IMG/VR virus record: IMGVR_UViG_3300010885_064671
DNA length: 64,000 bases
Origin: a virus
Reading direction: 5' to 3' (one strand)
The notes beneath the pieces were generated by a model. It was not told the origin of the DNA. It did not search any database and saw nothing but the letters and a program-made list of their open reading frames with translations. Of the stretch, positions 1-10,539 are shown piece after piece (within the stretch, counting starts at the first letter, position 1; the number at the start of each line of letters is the position of its first letter). The position numbers and the translations under genes were made by a program.

Positions 1-48
1 GGTTATGAGCTATATAGTAACTAGAGTTAAACGAAATTATTTAAGATT

Positions 49-3031
49 TTATTCCAACCATTCAATATAATCTTGTTTACGAGAACCACTTAAGCATGAT
101 GTAAAGTTGGATAACGTTCTCTTAGCTAGACTAAGAGCTTGATCATCAGATAAAACATTAATCGGATCTATTTTACCAGCGTTCCTTGTCAAAACATCCC
201 TAGCGATAGAATATAGTGCACCAGATGTCCACGGGTTGTTTGTGTCTTTATCCCAATGATTAAATAAATATCTACTAGGAGGCATTTTTGCAGCCATCTG
301 TAAAGTCATTGGTATGATTGCATCTTGTGATGTATATGGAAATTCTATGGTATTTAATTGATTGCTAAAGAAATTTGGTCCTAAACCAAACTTAGATTTC
401 ATCATTAATATTTGATTAGCTGGGATTCTAGCCCAATCAGATATAAATTGAGATGATTCTGTTATTTTGCTAGGGGTAGGAGATTGTTCTACGCCATTAA
501 TAAAATCTGGACTTGGCATGTTGTTTGATAAAATTGATCTAACTTTTTTTTGTACCGCATCGTTGGGCATCGAAAACTTTGAAGAATCTAATTTTAATAA
601 TGATTTTATATCTAAAATAGTTTTTTTATTTTGGATGAATGCTTCCCAAGAATATTTTTTAGATGTTGGAAACGTTGTGGCGCCCACTTGACCAGAATCA
701 ATATACGGGGCTACCCAATTCAAAGAAGGTGAAACCCATCCGTTTTTTTGGTCAAAAGCTTTTAAATTTTGAGGGCGACATCTAATCTGTAGAAAACCCA
801 AATGACAAGAACCATTTGCCACGCCAATACCGATTTTATTATCCCCTAAATTTCCTTCTCTTTGAGCTATGGCCGTAAAAATAGCAGCTATAGCTGGGCT
901 AAAATTACCAAGCCTAGGATGGATAAGCATCATAAAAAATTCATCTTGCGTTAAAAATCCTCCAGGGCTATTTGACCCTCTGTAAGGTTCTGCTACTTGA
1001 AAAATTTTAGGAGAAAGACCATCTAGATTTTTTATAGTTGGGATTGAACGAACTGTTTGTGATTTAAAACTAGGTAACTTGACCATTACTTTTGAACCAC
1101 CACCTACTCCATCAATTGGCACTGTAACTGGTGCAGTTATACTTGGATCTGGAGTATAATGTTTTTTTAAATCTTTTATAAAAGTTACGTTCAATGGCCA
1201 ACCTGTAGTGACGCCTATGCCAAAGTCAGTGAGAAATTTAAATACTGTGGTACCAACCTTTGATGCCTTTTTAAGTAAATCTATTTGTATATCTATAGCT
1301 GTTTGAGAAATGTCTGAAGACACATAATTGTTTAATGCGTCTAAAGCAAGATCTGGTGATGATTCAATTAATATTTGCAAATGTTGAAGAAAATTATTTG
1401 ATTTACTATCCGTAACTATTGCAGGTATATATGTACTAATAATTGAGTAATTTGGTGTAGCGCCAGGAGGAATTACTTCGGTTGGAGGAAAAGAACGTAT
1501 AGGACGGACATGGTTCTTGTTAATTTTATTATTTATATTTGCAACACCATTCAAAAAATCTCTACTTGAAGCGTAGTCTGCATTACCTTCTGTAGAACTC
1601 CAATAAACTTCATTATAAAAACCGCCAATAGTTGTCCTGCTTATGTATAGTTGGTTTAATTCATTCTTTGATGGCAAAAACCAATCTGTTTTTCCACCAC
1701 CACGATATGAACGGCAATATGCTGCAGCACTTACTGCGTGCCTGGCTGCTATAGCTAATGTATTTTGGTATCCTCTGCCAATTTCTACTGCGGTAGTTCC
1801 AACACCAACAGCCCATTTTACGGTAGGACCATCATTACGCCAAGCTGCTTTTAAGTATGGAGATTTACTTCCATCATACCAATTTTTTGGCGCAACCTCA
1901 AAATATCTTCCAGTAGTATTACCTGGAGTTGATGGAGTAATAAAAATTCTTCCACCACCAGGACCAGTTTGACCAATATTATATGCAACTGGAAGAGAAA
2001 TAATTGCATCTGTAGTTTTTACTAGACGTATAGAATTTCCTGGACCTGTAGGAACAACTTTAGGGGTAACAGGAAACGGTAAAAGCGGTTGAAGGGGAAT
2101 GTATGTATTTGTATTTGTTTTTGGTTTAGGGGCAACAGTTTTACTTGTTGTTACCGTAGCGGGTTTTAAATTAACGCTTGCAGCTTTTGCCTTACCTAAA
2201 CCAAAGTAAATAATATGATATTTATCATTCGCAGTAGGGTTGTCCGTTACCCCCTTTTCCCCGCTCCAACCATAATCTTCGATATGGTCTATGAGCCACT
2301 GCATTGAATCCTGATTAGCTACCACTGTAGCAATTTTACCTGAGTGAATATCTAAAGCCAATCCCCAACCATGCTTACTGTTACCCGGTGTTGACTTTAC
2401 CGTTCCGTACAGATTTACTATAATACCATTTATTAGATTCTATACTCCCATCTTCAAAATAAAATTTTATATAACTGTTAGTTAAAAAATTATGTCCAGA
2501 AAGAGATTTATCGTGTTCTGCTTTTACTAGTGCATAAACAGCGGGATCTAATTTTTCATAAGGGGGTACTCCTCTAAATTCTCCATCCACAATCAACGGT
2601 TCATTAAGACCTGTGTTTTGTAATTTGGTTCGAGAATATATAGAGCTTGCTGGAAGAGCATAAAAGTTATTCCTAAAAGTATCAGAATTTTCTCTAAAAA
2701 ATATACTTTTATCATTTTGTTTATTTACACTTGCAAGAAACGCTGCTGGGTTGGTAGAGTAAGCCTGTAAAAATGAAGCTTTTCTTACCTGGCCGTCTGC
2801 ATAACCTCCGCCAAATGACGCAACTAGATTGATAGCGAATAGGTTTTGAAAGTCTTTCTGCAGCTTTAGAAATTGGTCTCCAGCTTCTTTATTTAACTTT
2901 ATTGCTGGTTCTCCTTCTAATGCAATTTTTTTATAAGAAACAAGACTTTTGTCGTTTGGATAACCATTTTTACCCATATTTGTTGGAGGTGCAAAACTAT
3001 TAGCAGGAAGATTTAAAAAAGACTTAGTCAT
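49..3031 (-). CDS. Virion-associated cell-wall hydrolase: M15/VanY-like peptidase + DUF1566-like domain + lytic-transglycosylase-like domain, joined from ORFs 2381..3031 and 49..2361 by a +1 shift at CGG 2405..2407
   Basis: Joined product reads ...YYSKSV|GTVKSTPGNSKHGWGLALDIHSGKIATVV...IEDYGWSG...; the SxHGWGLAxD motif of M15 peptidases is only complete if the frames are joined. Downstream: TGPGGGRIFI...DWFLPSKNELNQLY...YWSSTE...VRPIRSF (DUF1566/Lcl-like) and AIFTAIAQREGN...LGFLQI (SLT-like). Length 2983 = 3n+1. Confidence 0.85.
2405..2407 (-). other. +1 frameshift site: GTA CGG AAC -> GTA (C) GGA ACG
   Basis: Zero frame stops after AAC GGT AAA GTC AAC ACC GGG TAA. Confidence 0.85.
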
Positions 3032-6000
3032 TTTGCTTTATACACTCCTTTTATGCCATCTAAACTAAAACCTATTGGAGAAATAAAATTAGCAGAAGCT
3101 TTTCTTTCAGCAACATTTGATTTTTCTGATTCTGGACCAGAATATTTAACGAAGTTTTTTACAGCATCAATGTTGGTATAGTCAGTCGGAACAAATATAT
3201 TCCCTAAAGGATATGTCCTTCTTAAAGTTTTATTCCAAACTAAACCAGACCACCAAATTCCATTTATTATAAAAGTATTAATATTGTCAAAAGTTCTTGC
3301 CTGGATTATGTTTAAAGTTGCGCTAGCAATTAAAAACCATTCTAAACCATTCCACATATAAATTCTATCTGTATCAGTTTCATATATAGTATCTGAAAAA
3401 GCTGGACTTATAGGACGTGAAGTAGACAAACATTGAGAAGTAACCACATACTCTTGTTGCTGCAAAAGTGATAAAGATACCCTAAATTGAAAAAGATCTC
3501 CAGGTCTCCATATTAAATTATTTCTTAACGACATGCCAGGACCGTGATCTGTAACCCTAGCCTCGCATGGAGCTTGCCTATATCTATCTACTGCTGAATC
3601 TGGTAATGTTTTTATCCCACCATAAATTGAGAAAAAGCATATCGATGGCGACTCTGGATCACCAATACATTTGGATGCGTTTCTTTCTAAACCAATCCTA
3701 CCTATATTCTTTATGACACCAGCATCATCAAGCATGTTGAACTGTAATGCCCAAGATGTATTCGGAGCAAATCTGGTTACTGTCATACTTTGATTAATTG
3801 CATTAAATTTAGTTCCAGAAAAAACATCTTCCCTTCTCCAAATACCATCATTAGATTGTAGGGTTTTTTCATTTTCTACTGGATCAACTATAATAATATC
3901 CCCATTGCCGGGATCTATAACTGTTTCATTTGGTGGAGTAACAACTGGCACCTCAGGCACTACTGGTTTTATTGGTGAAATTGGAGTGCCCGGTTTTGGT
4001 TTGGGTTTAGGTTTTACTGGAGGGACAACAGGTACGACCACTGGGGGCACAACAGGTGGGGCCACTGTAGGTGGGACTACTGGAATAACAATAGTCGGAT
4101 CTGTAATTGTAATAAACAATATTTGATTTGCATTATTACCAAAATTACCAGGCCAAGATTTTCCTAACTTTGTCTTTAATATATTTGCTGCAATTATAAC
4201 ACTTATCTCAGTATCATAAGGCATAACGTTTTTGGGGGCAATAGATATTGTATTAACATCAGGGAAAGATACCTCAGAACTTGTGACATCAATTCTAGCT
4301 AAAGCTTTTGTAGTATTCTTTTTGAAAAAATTAATTGTCCCCCTATTTACTTGCATGGGTTGATCAAATTTTAACGTTACTCTAACATCAATGTTCACTT
4401 TATTCGGATCAGAATCTGCGCTGAAAGAAGTCACTTCATAGGATAAAAGTTTTGGTTCAGGTATAGATGGAACTGGAGGAGCAAATTGAGGTCCATCTCT
4501 TTGATCTGGATAAGTAATCTTTGGTGTTGGTGCAACCTTAACCGGAATTGTCGTAGAAGGAGAAACAGTTGTCGTCGTCGTAGGTATTCGGGGTGGAGAA
4601 ATTGTAGTGGAAGTTGTAGTGCCATTAGATAGAACTGTTGTAGTAGTCACAGCTGAGTTAGGAAGTGTTGTGGTGGTAGTGGTAACTACTGTCGATGGAG
4701 GAGCATATTTTGGAGCATCCCTTTGATCTGGAGATCTTATATATGGTGGGTTGTAGCTTGTGATGGTAGTGCTAGTCGAACCGTTAGGCAGTACAGTTGT
4801 GCTGGTAGTGGATGTGGTAGAACCGTTTGGTAATACTGTTGTAGCAGTAGTGGTTGTACTTGGTATTGTTGTTGTCGGAGCTGGTATAGTGGTAGTTGGC
4901 GGAACATATACTGTACCACTCGGAATTGCCCCGATTAGAGCATCAACGATATTGTTGTAATTAGAAGGGTGCACGTCATCTCCAGGAGCGTCAAAACCAC
5001 CCATATATGTATAGCCATACTCTTGGCATTTATCTGATATTTGTTTATTAATTTTCTTATTTGGATACTTAGCGTCAAGTTGATTAGACATTCCATAAAC
5101 AAATACTGTTGAATTATATTTTTTTAATATATCGAATTGCCCTTTAATATAATTCATTATAAGTGAAACACTATTATCAGCTGAATTAGATGCTCCAGTT
5201 GACAACCAAACTATTCTATTTTTAGCCAAATTTTTCTTATCTAAATAATCCATGCAACCAGCTATTCTCGTGGATACACGTAGCGTACTTTCTCCCAATA
5301 ACTGGAATAACCCATCCCAACCTTTATCTGATTCTTTTACCGAATATGGATTTGGTACTATTTCTCCTGTATTTGTTCCTGGATTTAAAACATCATATCT
5401 ATCTGATATACCCAATGCTATGCTGTCTCCTATAATTAATGGAATTTTATTTAGTAATGTTATAGTTGCTGCTGGTAATATCGTAGTTGTAGTTGGATCA
5501 TAGCGATCTGCTGGTTTAAAATTAGATGGAATAACTTTAGGTTTAACAATTGTAGTAGAAGATTTGGGGATGGTTGTTGTAGAAGTTTTGGGGATCGTAG
5601 TCGTAGAGGTTTTGGGAACGGTTGTCGGAGGGGTAGTTGTTGTAGAGGGTCTAGGGATAGTTACGGGAGGCATAGTTGTTGTAGAAGTTTTAGGAATGGT
5701 TGTAGTGGTAGTGGGAGCTCTAGGGACAGTACTAGGAGTTACAACAGTAGATTTAGGTACCACCAAAGGCCTGGAACCAAAACGTCTATCTATTTCTTTT
5801 TTGCCAGCAAGGTCGTTAGATAATATCCTTCCGTTACCATCATAAGTTTTTGGTGTGCCTGTCACACCTGCTAAAGAATTTAAATAACCATTCTGTAATG
5901 GGCCTTCAATTGTGGCAAAAAAATCAGCTAACTTGTCAATCGCCGCTATAAGAGGGGCCCCGCTTAGTATATTACCAGTGTTAACGGTTGAGCCAGTTCC

Positions 6001-7887
6001 CAGCAATAAAAGTGTATTAAAAGGAGTTATTACTTTTTCGCCGACTTTAAGATTAACAGTTTTTGTTTTACCAACAATTTTTCTCCAATTAGATGGGCTT
6101 CCATTATCTGGAGTAGGTTCATTGTTGGGCCAGTTTTTAACTGCGGTCGGGAATACCTCCGATAAAAGCTTAAGTTTATCTGCTGTAGGAGCGCTTCCTG
6201 ACTTATTGATAGTCCAATAATTATTTTGTATATTTACATTGCCAGCTAAAACTAGATTAAGAAAATATTCATTATATGCTGGGGCATAATCAAGCCCATA
6301 CCTCATGATATTTTCCATTTCTGTTAATCTGCTAGTTTTAACATTTTTCAAAACATAATTGTATTTTGCTCCTTCAAATAAAGTTATTTTATTTAACATC
6401 GGAATAAAAATATTTTTTATATCCTCTTCCAACTCAGGCAGATAGTATATAACACTAGGAACACTAGGAGCTAATCCCATAACATAACCACCTGTGGGTT
6501 TCTCAAACCAACTTAAACTAGCTTCGTTAAAGCTAGTGCTACATTCTGAGTAGCGCCCTTTCCTATTTAATTCTGTGGTGTGTCTAAAATTTTTCCAATA
6601 TTGTGTATTACTTCCGGGTATCCCCCTATCTGAGCTATAAACCAAATTATCTTCAGCGACATAAAACTTATCATATATCTGCGAGTACAAGCTAGTTGAT
6701 GCGGTTAGTGCATCTGTTTCGAAAATTTCGGGACGCAAAACCCCCCTATCAAGAAGCAAAGCCCCCGTATCTTGGAACTGGGGCAATAGCATTTCATAAT
6801 AGTTAGTTTTCATTTTTATTGTAGGATTATTTATCCCCAAATAATTTAATGTCGAACGTACTGAACTGGCAAAACGTGATACAGTAGTGGAATTAACAAC
6901 TAAAGTATTAAACTTGTTAACTGGAATTGATTCATTAACATTGCTAGACCTTTGAATCGTTTGAGTTGTTTTAGTAGTTTGTGTTGTCTGAGTTGTTGGC
7001 AAAGGTTTTGAAGATACCCATATACCACCATTCGGGTGCCCTGAAATAACTTTCCAAGTACTGATCTGTCCTAGGGGAACAGATACAACTACATTGCCAG
7101 CAAAAGCACTATACTGAGGCGCCGTAAGTTCTCCGGTAATCGGCATAAAGTCTTGAATTAATGTTCTTGTTTTATCCTTATATTTTAATGGCTTTGTATC
7201 AGCAGCATAATATATTAATGTATCTTTAAAAATAGGATCAGAAGCTGGTATGTCTGAACACCAACTCCAACCATACTTTGCCCCATTATTTATGATATAT
7301 TGTGTAACTTTTTCGTTATTATTTTTAAGTTTAATACTAAATCCTGTACCAACTGGGCTAAATCCAGGATAAGTATTGAGTTCCGTTAAGGTAATTGGAT
7401 ACCATTTATTGCCGGCCCAAGTTCTTCCATTTTTAACTTCTGGAATAGACGAAGCCTTAGAAACTTTTGTCGGAGTTCTACTATTTAATTTTTTAAAATC
7501 TGTTTCTTGTACAGAGAGTTTTTTGTAAAACGATGAATAACTTATAGAAATGCCTTTTGACTTGGCATCTGCAATCATGTCTTCTAAACACCATAGGGCG
7601 GCAACGTGTAAAGCTATACCTGATTTATGAAACAATTTTTCGGGTAGGACTCCATTAAAAACACCCATATATTTTTCTTGGGTGGTATACATATACTGCG
7701 CCAATTCCCCAAAATAAAGAGCTCTTAGACTTCCATCTAATACCCACTGGTTATAAGAATTGCTCGATGTGGAGGCCGGCACTGGAAAATTTATCCAATT
7801 GTCAGCTAACGGCTGTCCAACTGAACACTGTTTATTAACTATAGAGTTCTGCGGAAGTTGCGAAGCTGAAAAGACTTTTACGCCCAT
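3028..7887 (-). CDS. Giant modular virion/host-wall-interaction protein: degenerate VanY-like N-terminus, Thr/Pro-rich linkers, SGNH/GDSL hydrolase-like domain, SbsA-like Ig domain, C-terminal beta region
   Basis: GDSIALG...DDVHPSN (SGNH block I and DxxH block V) flanked by TTTTIPKTSTTTIPKT... and TTTTTVLPNGS... linkers; Ig-like ...VTLKFDQPMQVNRG...ISIAPKNVMPYDTEISVII... Confidence 0.65.
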   Translation of the reverse strand: MGVKVFSASQLPQNSIVNKQCSVGQPLADNWINFPVPASTSSNSYNQWVLDGSLRALYFGELAQYMYTTQEKYMGVFNGVLPEKLFHKSGIALHVAALWCLEDMIADAKSKGISISYSSFYKKLSVQETDFKKLNSRTPTKVSKASSIPEVKNGRTWAGNKWYPITLTELNTYPGFSPVGTGFSIKLKNNNEKVTQYIINNGAKYGWSWCSDIPASDPIFKDTLIYYAADTKPLKYKDKTRTLIQDFMPITGELTAPQYSAFAGNVVVSVPLGQISTWKVISGHPNGGIWVSSKPLPTTQTTQTTKTTQTIQRSSNVNESIPVNKFNTLVVNSTTVSRFASSVRSTLNYLGINNPTIKMKTNYYEMLLPQFQDTGALLLDRGVLRPEIFETDALTASTSLYSQIYDKFYVAEDNLVYSSDRGIPGSNTQYWKNFRHTTELNRKGRYSECSTSFNEASLSWFEKPTGGYVMGLAPSVPSVIYYLPELEEDIKNIFIPMLNKITLFEGAKYNYVLKNVKTSRLTEMENIMRYGLDYAPAYNEYFLNLVLAGNVNIQNNYWTINKSGSAPTADKLKLLSEVFPTAVKNWPNNEPTPDNGSPSNWRKIVGKTKTVNLKVGEKVITPFNTLLLLGTGSTVNTGNILSGAPLIAAIDKLADFFATIEGPLQNGYLNSLAGVTGTPKTYDGNGRILSNDLAGKKEIDRRFGSRPLVVPKSTVVTPSTVPRAPTTTTTIPKTSTTTMPPVTIPRPSTTTTPPTTVPKTSTTTIPKTSTTTIPKSSTTIVKPKVIPSNFKPADRYDPTTTTILPAATITLLNKIPLIIGDSIALGISDRYDVLNPGTNTGEIVPNPYSVKESDKGWDGLFQLLGESTLRVSTRIAGCMDYLDKKNLAKNRIVWLSTGASNSADNSVSLIMNYIKGQFDILKKYNSTVFVYGMSNQLDAKYPNKKINKQISDKCQEYGYTYMGGFDAPGDDVHPSNYNNIVDALIGAIPSGTVYVPPTTTIPAPTTTIPSTTTTATTVLPNGSTTSTTSTTVLPNGSTSTTITSYNPPYIRSPDQRDAPKYAPPSTVVTTTTTTLPNSAVTTTTVLSNGTTTSTTISPPRIPTTTTTVSPSTTIPVKVAPTPKITYPDQRDGPQFAPPVPSIPEPKLLSYEVTSFSADSDPNKVNIDVRVTLKFDQPMQVNRGTINFFKKNTTKALARIDVTSSEVSFPDVNTISIAPKNVMPYDTEISVIIAANILKTKLGKSWPGNFGNNANQILFITITDPTIVIPVVPPTVAPPVVPPVVVPVVPPVKPKPKPKPGTPISPIKPVVPEVPVVTPPNETVIDPGNGDIIIVDPVENEKTLQSNDGIWRREDVFSGTKFNAINQSMTVTRFAPNTSWALQFNMLDDAGVIKNIGRIGLERNASKCIGDPESPSICFFSIYGGIKTLPDSAVDRYRQAPCEARVTDHGPGMSLRNNLIWRPGDLFQFRVSLSLLQQQEYVVTSQCLSTSRPISPAFSDTIYETDTDRIYMWNGLEWFLIASATLNIIQARTFDNINTFIINGIWWSGLVWNKTLRRTYPLGNIFVPTDYTNIDAVKNFVKYSGPESEKSNVAERKASANFISPIGFSLDGIKGVYKAK
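4540..4910 (-). repeat. Second Thr/Pro/Ser-rich linker repeat region (TTTTTVLPNGSTTST units and duplicated PDQRD(A/G)PxxAPP)
   Basis: SPDQRDAPKYAPP and TYPDQRDGPQFAPP; VLPNGSTTSTTSTTVLPNGSTSTT. Confidence 0.7.
5520..5770 (-). repeat. Degenerate tandem repeat encoding Thr/Pro-rich linker (TTTIPKTS units)
   Basis: Repeated ggtagttgttgtagaagt/ttgggaat-type units. Confidence 0.75.
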
Positions 7888-7947
7888 AAAAAATAAACCT
7901 TAATTTAATAGTTTGGCTACAATAATAGTAACCCAACTGCATGAAGG

Positions 7948-8688
7948 TTATCTAAAATTTCTGTATACCCACTCTGGATAAGAACTATCTATCTCATAAT
8001 ACTTTAGCGGGAACCTATCAAAGGGATCTATCCCATTCTCAACCCTATATAAGATGGCTTCACTATTTTTGTATTCATCTGAATTGTATTCAGTGTGTGC
8101 AAAAGATTCTATTTTATTCTTTATCTTCTCTACTTCTCCAAAAAAGGAAAAATGCCACCCTGCGTCGGGCACTAACGGTAAAGTATTAGCCCTTAAATCT
8201 TGGGCACAACTTACATCCAGATCCTTTTTGCGGGCGATAATAGGTCTAGCTCCCTGGTTGCAATGAGCTGGCACCTGCCAATGAAAATTCCAAAAATACT
8301 GTTTTACATCTAATCTGGTTGCAGTATCAAGTGAAGTTATATCTTTGATAACTCTTGCACTAACTATCTCATCGGCATCAGAAATTATAATAAAATCTTC
8401 AGAATCTGCTAGAGTTAACCCTTCGGCTATTGCATTACGCTGATAATATTCTTTTAGCCAACTGCTATTTGCTTCGGCCGGGAAATCTATTTTTACTCTA
8501 ATAATTTTTCTTTTCCATTTATCAATCCAGTTAGGAAGATTATCAAAATAGAAAGGCTTAGGAGCTCCAGTAAAAGTTTGCGATGCCTCTACTACGACAA
8601 AGTAATCAACAGCATCGCCCAACTCTTCCAATCTAATCTCAAGCATTTCCTGCTCATTAAAGTATGTAAAGCAATCAAATATTTTCAT
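7948..8688 (-). CDS. Glycosyltransferase family 17-like protein (likely start MKIFDCFTYFNEQEM at 8688)
   Basis: MKIFDCFTYFNEQEMLEIRLEELGDAVDYFVVVEAS...FIIISDADEI-type motif. Confidence 0.75.
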   Translation of the reverse strand: MKIFDCFTYFNEQEMLEIRLEELGDAVDYFVVVEASQTFTGAPKPFYFDNLPNWIDKWKRKIIRVKIDFPAEANSSWLKEYYQRNAIAEGLTLADSEDFIIISDADEIVSARVIKDITSLDTATRLDVKQYFWNFHWQVPAHCNQGARPIIARKKDLDVSCAQDLRANTLPLVPDAGWHFSFFGEVEKIKNKIESFAHTEYNSDEYKNSEAILYRVENGIDPFDRFPLKYYEIDSSYPEWVYRNFR

Positions 8689-9133
8689 AAACACTAACAT
8701 CTTGCTGATTAAACATTGAGTATCTTTTGATCTCAGTTTCGACTTGTGCATTAATAGTTAAATGTTTTCCAAGATCATCTGCCCAAATACCTGGGTTTAC
8801 TATCATTGCAAAACCACCAGGCTTCAAAAAGTTTTTAACCTGCCTAGCCGACATATCAGTATCACCATTCAAAAGTTCTGGATCATAATCAAAAGAAATA
8901 AACAAGTCACAAACTGATTCACCAAAATACATACCGTCGACACCAGCCTCCCAGTACTTACACCAGTCATTAGACAAATATTTTTCTCTTTCAGTATGCA
9001 ACATAAATGCACCGATACCATGTTCTGGCATATGCAAAATATCTATCAGTTCTTTATTGCGGCCGTAAAGAGTGGTGAATATTCTTTGTGGGAATATATC
9101 TCTAATTATATGTGCTACATAATCCCAGTTCAT
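8675..9133 (-). CDS. Hypothetical protein, possibly methyltransferase-related, in the glycosyl-modification cluster
   Basis: Continuous ORF between GT17-like and methyltransferase genes. Confidence 0.5.
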   Translation of the reverse strand: MNWDYVAHIIRDIFPQRIFTTLYGRNKELIDILHMPEHGIGAFMLHTEREKYLSNDWCKYWEAGVDGMYFGESVCDLFISFDYDPELLNGDTDMSARQVKNFLKPGGFAMIVNPGIWADDLGKHLTINAQVETEIKRYSMFNQQDVSVYENI

Positions 9134-9141
9134 GATATATA

Positions 9142-9681
9142 TTATACCATGGGTTTACGAGCGTCCACCTTAAGCCAGCCCCATTCATCTCCACGCTTAA
9201 CATCTAATATTTCAAAACCCATTCTTTCAAAATCATCTTGTAGCATTCGGTGTGTCAAGCCCACGAAGTGAAAGTCAAAAGGGTTTAGTTGTTCCGCAAA
9301 AAAGATTTGCTGCATGCGACGATCACCGTCAAGTGAATCCCAGTTTAATATTTGGTTGCAGGCTAACAAGAAGTCTGGAACTTCAATTCTAATCATCCCA
9401 CCAGGCTTAACGATTCTACACCATTCAGCTAAAACAGCTTGGTATTCTTTCCATGGAAAGTGTTCAAGACATTCGGAGTTATATACTATGTCTGCAAAAT
9501 CATCTGGAAGATTAATCTTTCTAGCGTCGCAAACAACATCAACTGGGACATAAGTTTTATTAGCATTATCATATAATGGCGTTGGATCTATATCAATATG
9601 AATCCAATCTGGACCAAGATATGTTCTAGTGCCAATTACAACTTTTGTGCCTGCGCCTTGTGGGATAGTTTCTAATCTCAT
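9142..9681 (-). CDS. SAM-dependent methyltransferase
   Basis: DIVYNSECLEHFPWKEYQAVLAEWCRIVKPGGMIRIEVPD (class I MTase). Confidence 0.8.
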   Translation of the reverse strand: MRLETIPQGAGTKVVIGTRTYLGPDWIHIDIDPTPLYDNANKTYVPVDVVCDARKINLPDDFADIVYNSECLEHFPWKEYQAVLAEWCRIVKPGGMIRIEVPDFLLACNQILNWDSLDGDRRMQQIFFAEQLNPFDFHFVGLTHRMLQDDFERMGFEILDVKRGDEWGWLKVDARKPMV

Positions 9682-10539
9682 TTAAATTATTCTTCCTTTA
9701 TAAAAATCTTTATATCTTGGAACTTTTATTAGATCATATTCTCTACCCTCTAAAACTACAACCTCTGGATTAGCATTTAGATCAGGCATTCTTATCTTCC
9801 AGTACTCCTCAAGATACAGCGCATTGCATGGCCAATCTTCAAATCTTAGAACATTAGTGCTATGGTAATTCATTCCTTTACCACAGAAGTACGGCACCCA
9901 CTTGTTCATCCATTCAACAACACCACGGCCTATTCTGGCATGAGCCTCAGGGTCCGTTGTCTGCTTAGCAAGGTGATGGACCGCCACTTCTTTAGCTACG
10001 CCCATCTTCCAGCCGGCAAGACGCATTCTAGTTTGATAGTCGACTTCATTTTGATGACCAATCTCTTGATCAAAATACCCTACGTCAGCCATAGCTAATT
10101 TTTTCAACATCCAGAAACAACCGGTGCCCCATAGACACTCTGTATATTTGTCTCTTTTTATTTCATAAGAATTATAACCACCACTAAAAACCATTCCTAG
10201 CTCTAAGTTCCTAGCAAGGTATCCCCACATAATCTCATCCCAGCCCTTAGTGTGAACAGTAGCATCATTATCTGAATAGGCAACATATTCTGTTTCTGCC
10301 CATTCCAATATTTTATTAACTGCACCAGAATACTTTATGTTTACATCTAAATGCATTGGGATAATTCTAGAATCTTTTGCAGCATAAAAATCTAAAAGTT
10401 CTCTAACCCTAGGATCTTCCGAAGCATTATTAACAAGGAGAAGTCTCCACTCTGACGTGGAATTTTGTGCAATATTTTCTACTGCTGCTTGGATTCCTTC
10501 AGGGTTATTATAACATGATATGCCTATATCTAATCTCAT
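9682..10539 (-). CDS. Glycosyltransferase, GT2-like
   Basis: DIGISCYNNPEG...LLLVNNASEDPRV...YSDNDATVHTKGWDE...GTGCFWMLKK. Confidence 0.75.
   Translation of the reverse strand: MRLDIGISCYNNPEGIQAAVENIAQNSTSEWRLLLVNNASEDPRVRELLDFYAAKDSRIIPMHLDVNIKYSGAVNKILEWAETEYVAYSDNDATVHTKGWDEIMWGYLARNLELGMVFSGGYNSYEIKRDKYTECLWGTGCFWMLKKLAMADVGYFDQEIGHQNEVDYQTRMRLAGWKMGVAKEVAVHHLAKQTTDPEAHARIGRGVVEWMNKWVPYFCGKGMNYHSTNVLRFEDWPCNALYLEEYWKIRMPDLNANPEVVVLEGREYDLIKVPRYKDFYKGRII

Noticed and set aside
4540-5770. CRISPR-like repeat array
   Set aside because: Repeats are short, degenerate, in phase with codons and encode linkers; there are no regular unique spacers.
4431-5845. Overlapping ORFs on both strands (e.g. 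4737..4919 -, 4760..4960 +, 5564..5845 +)
   Set aside because: They are antisense or alternate-frame shadows of the Thr/Pro-rich repeats in 3028..7887.
8675-8751. Frameshift between ORFs 7948..8751 and 8675..9133
   Set aside because: The GT17-like protein has a natural start at 8688 (MKIFDCFTYF) and there is no CGG at the overlap.
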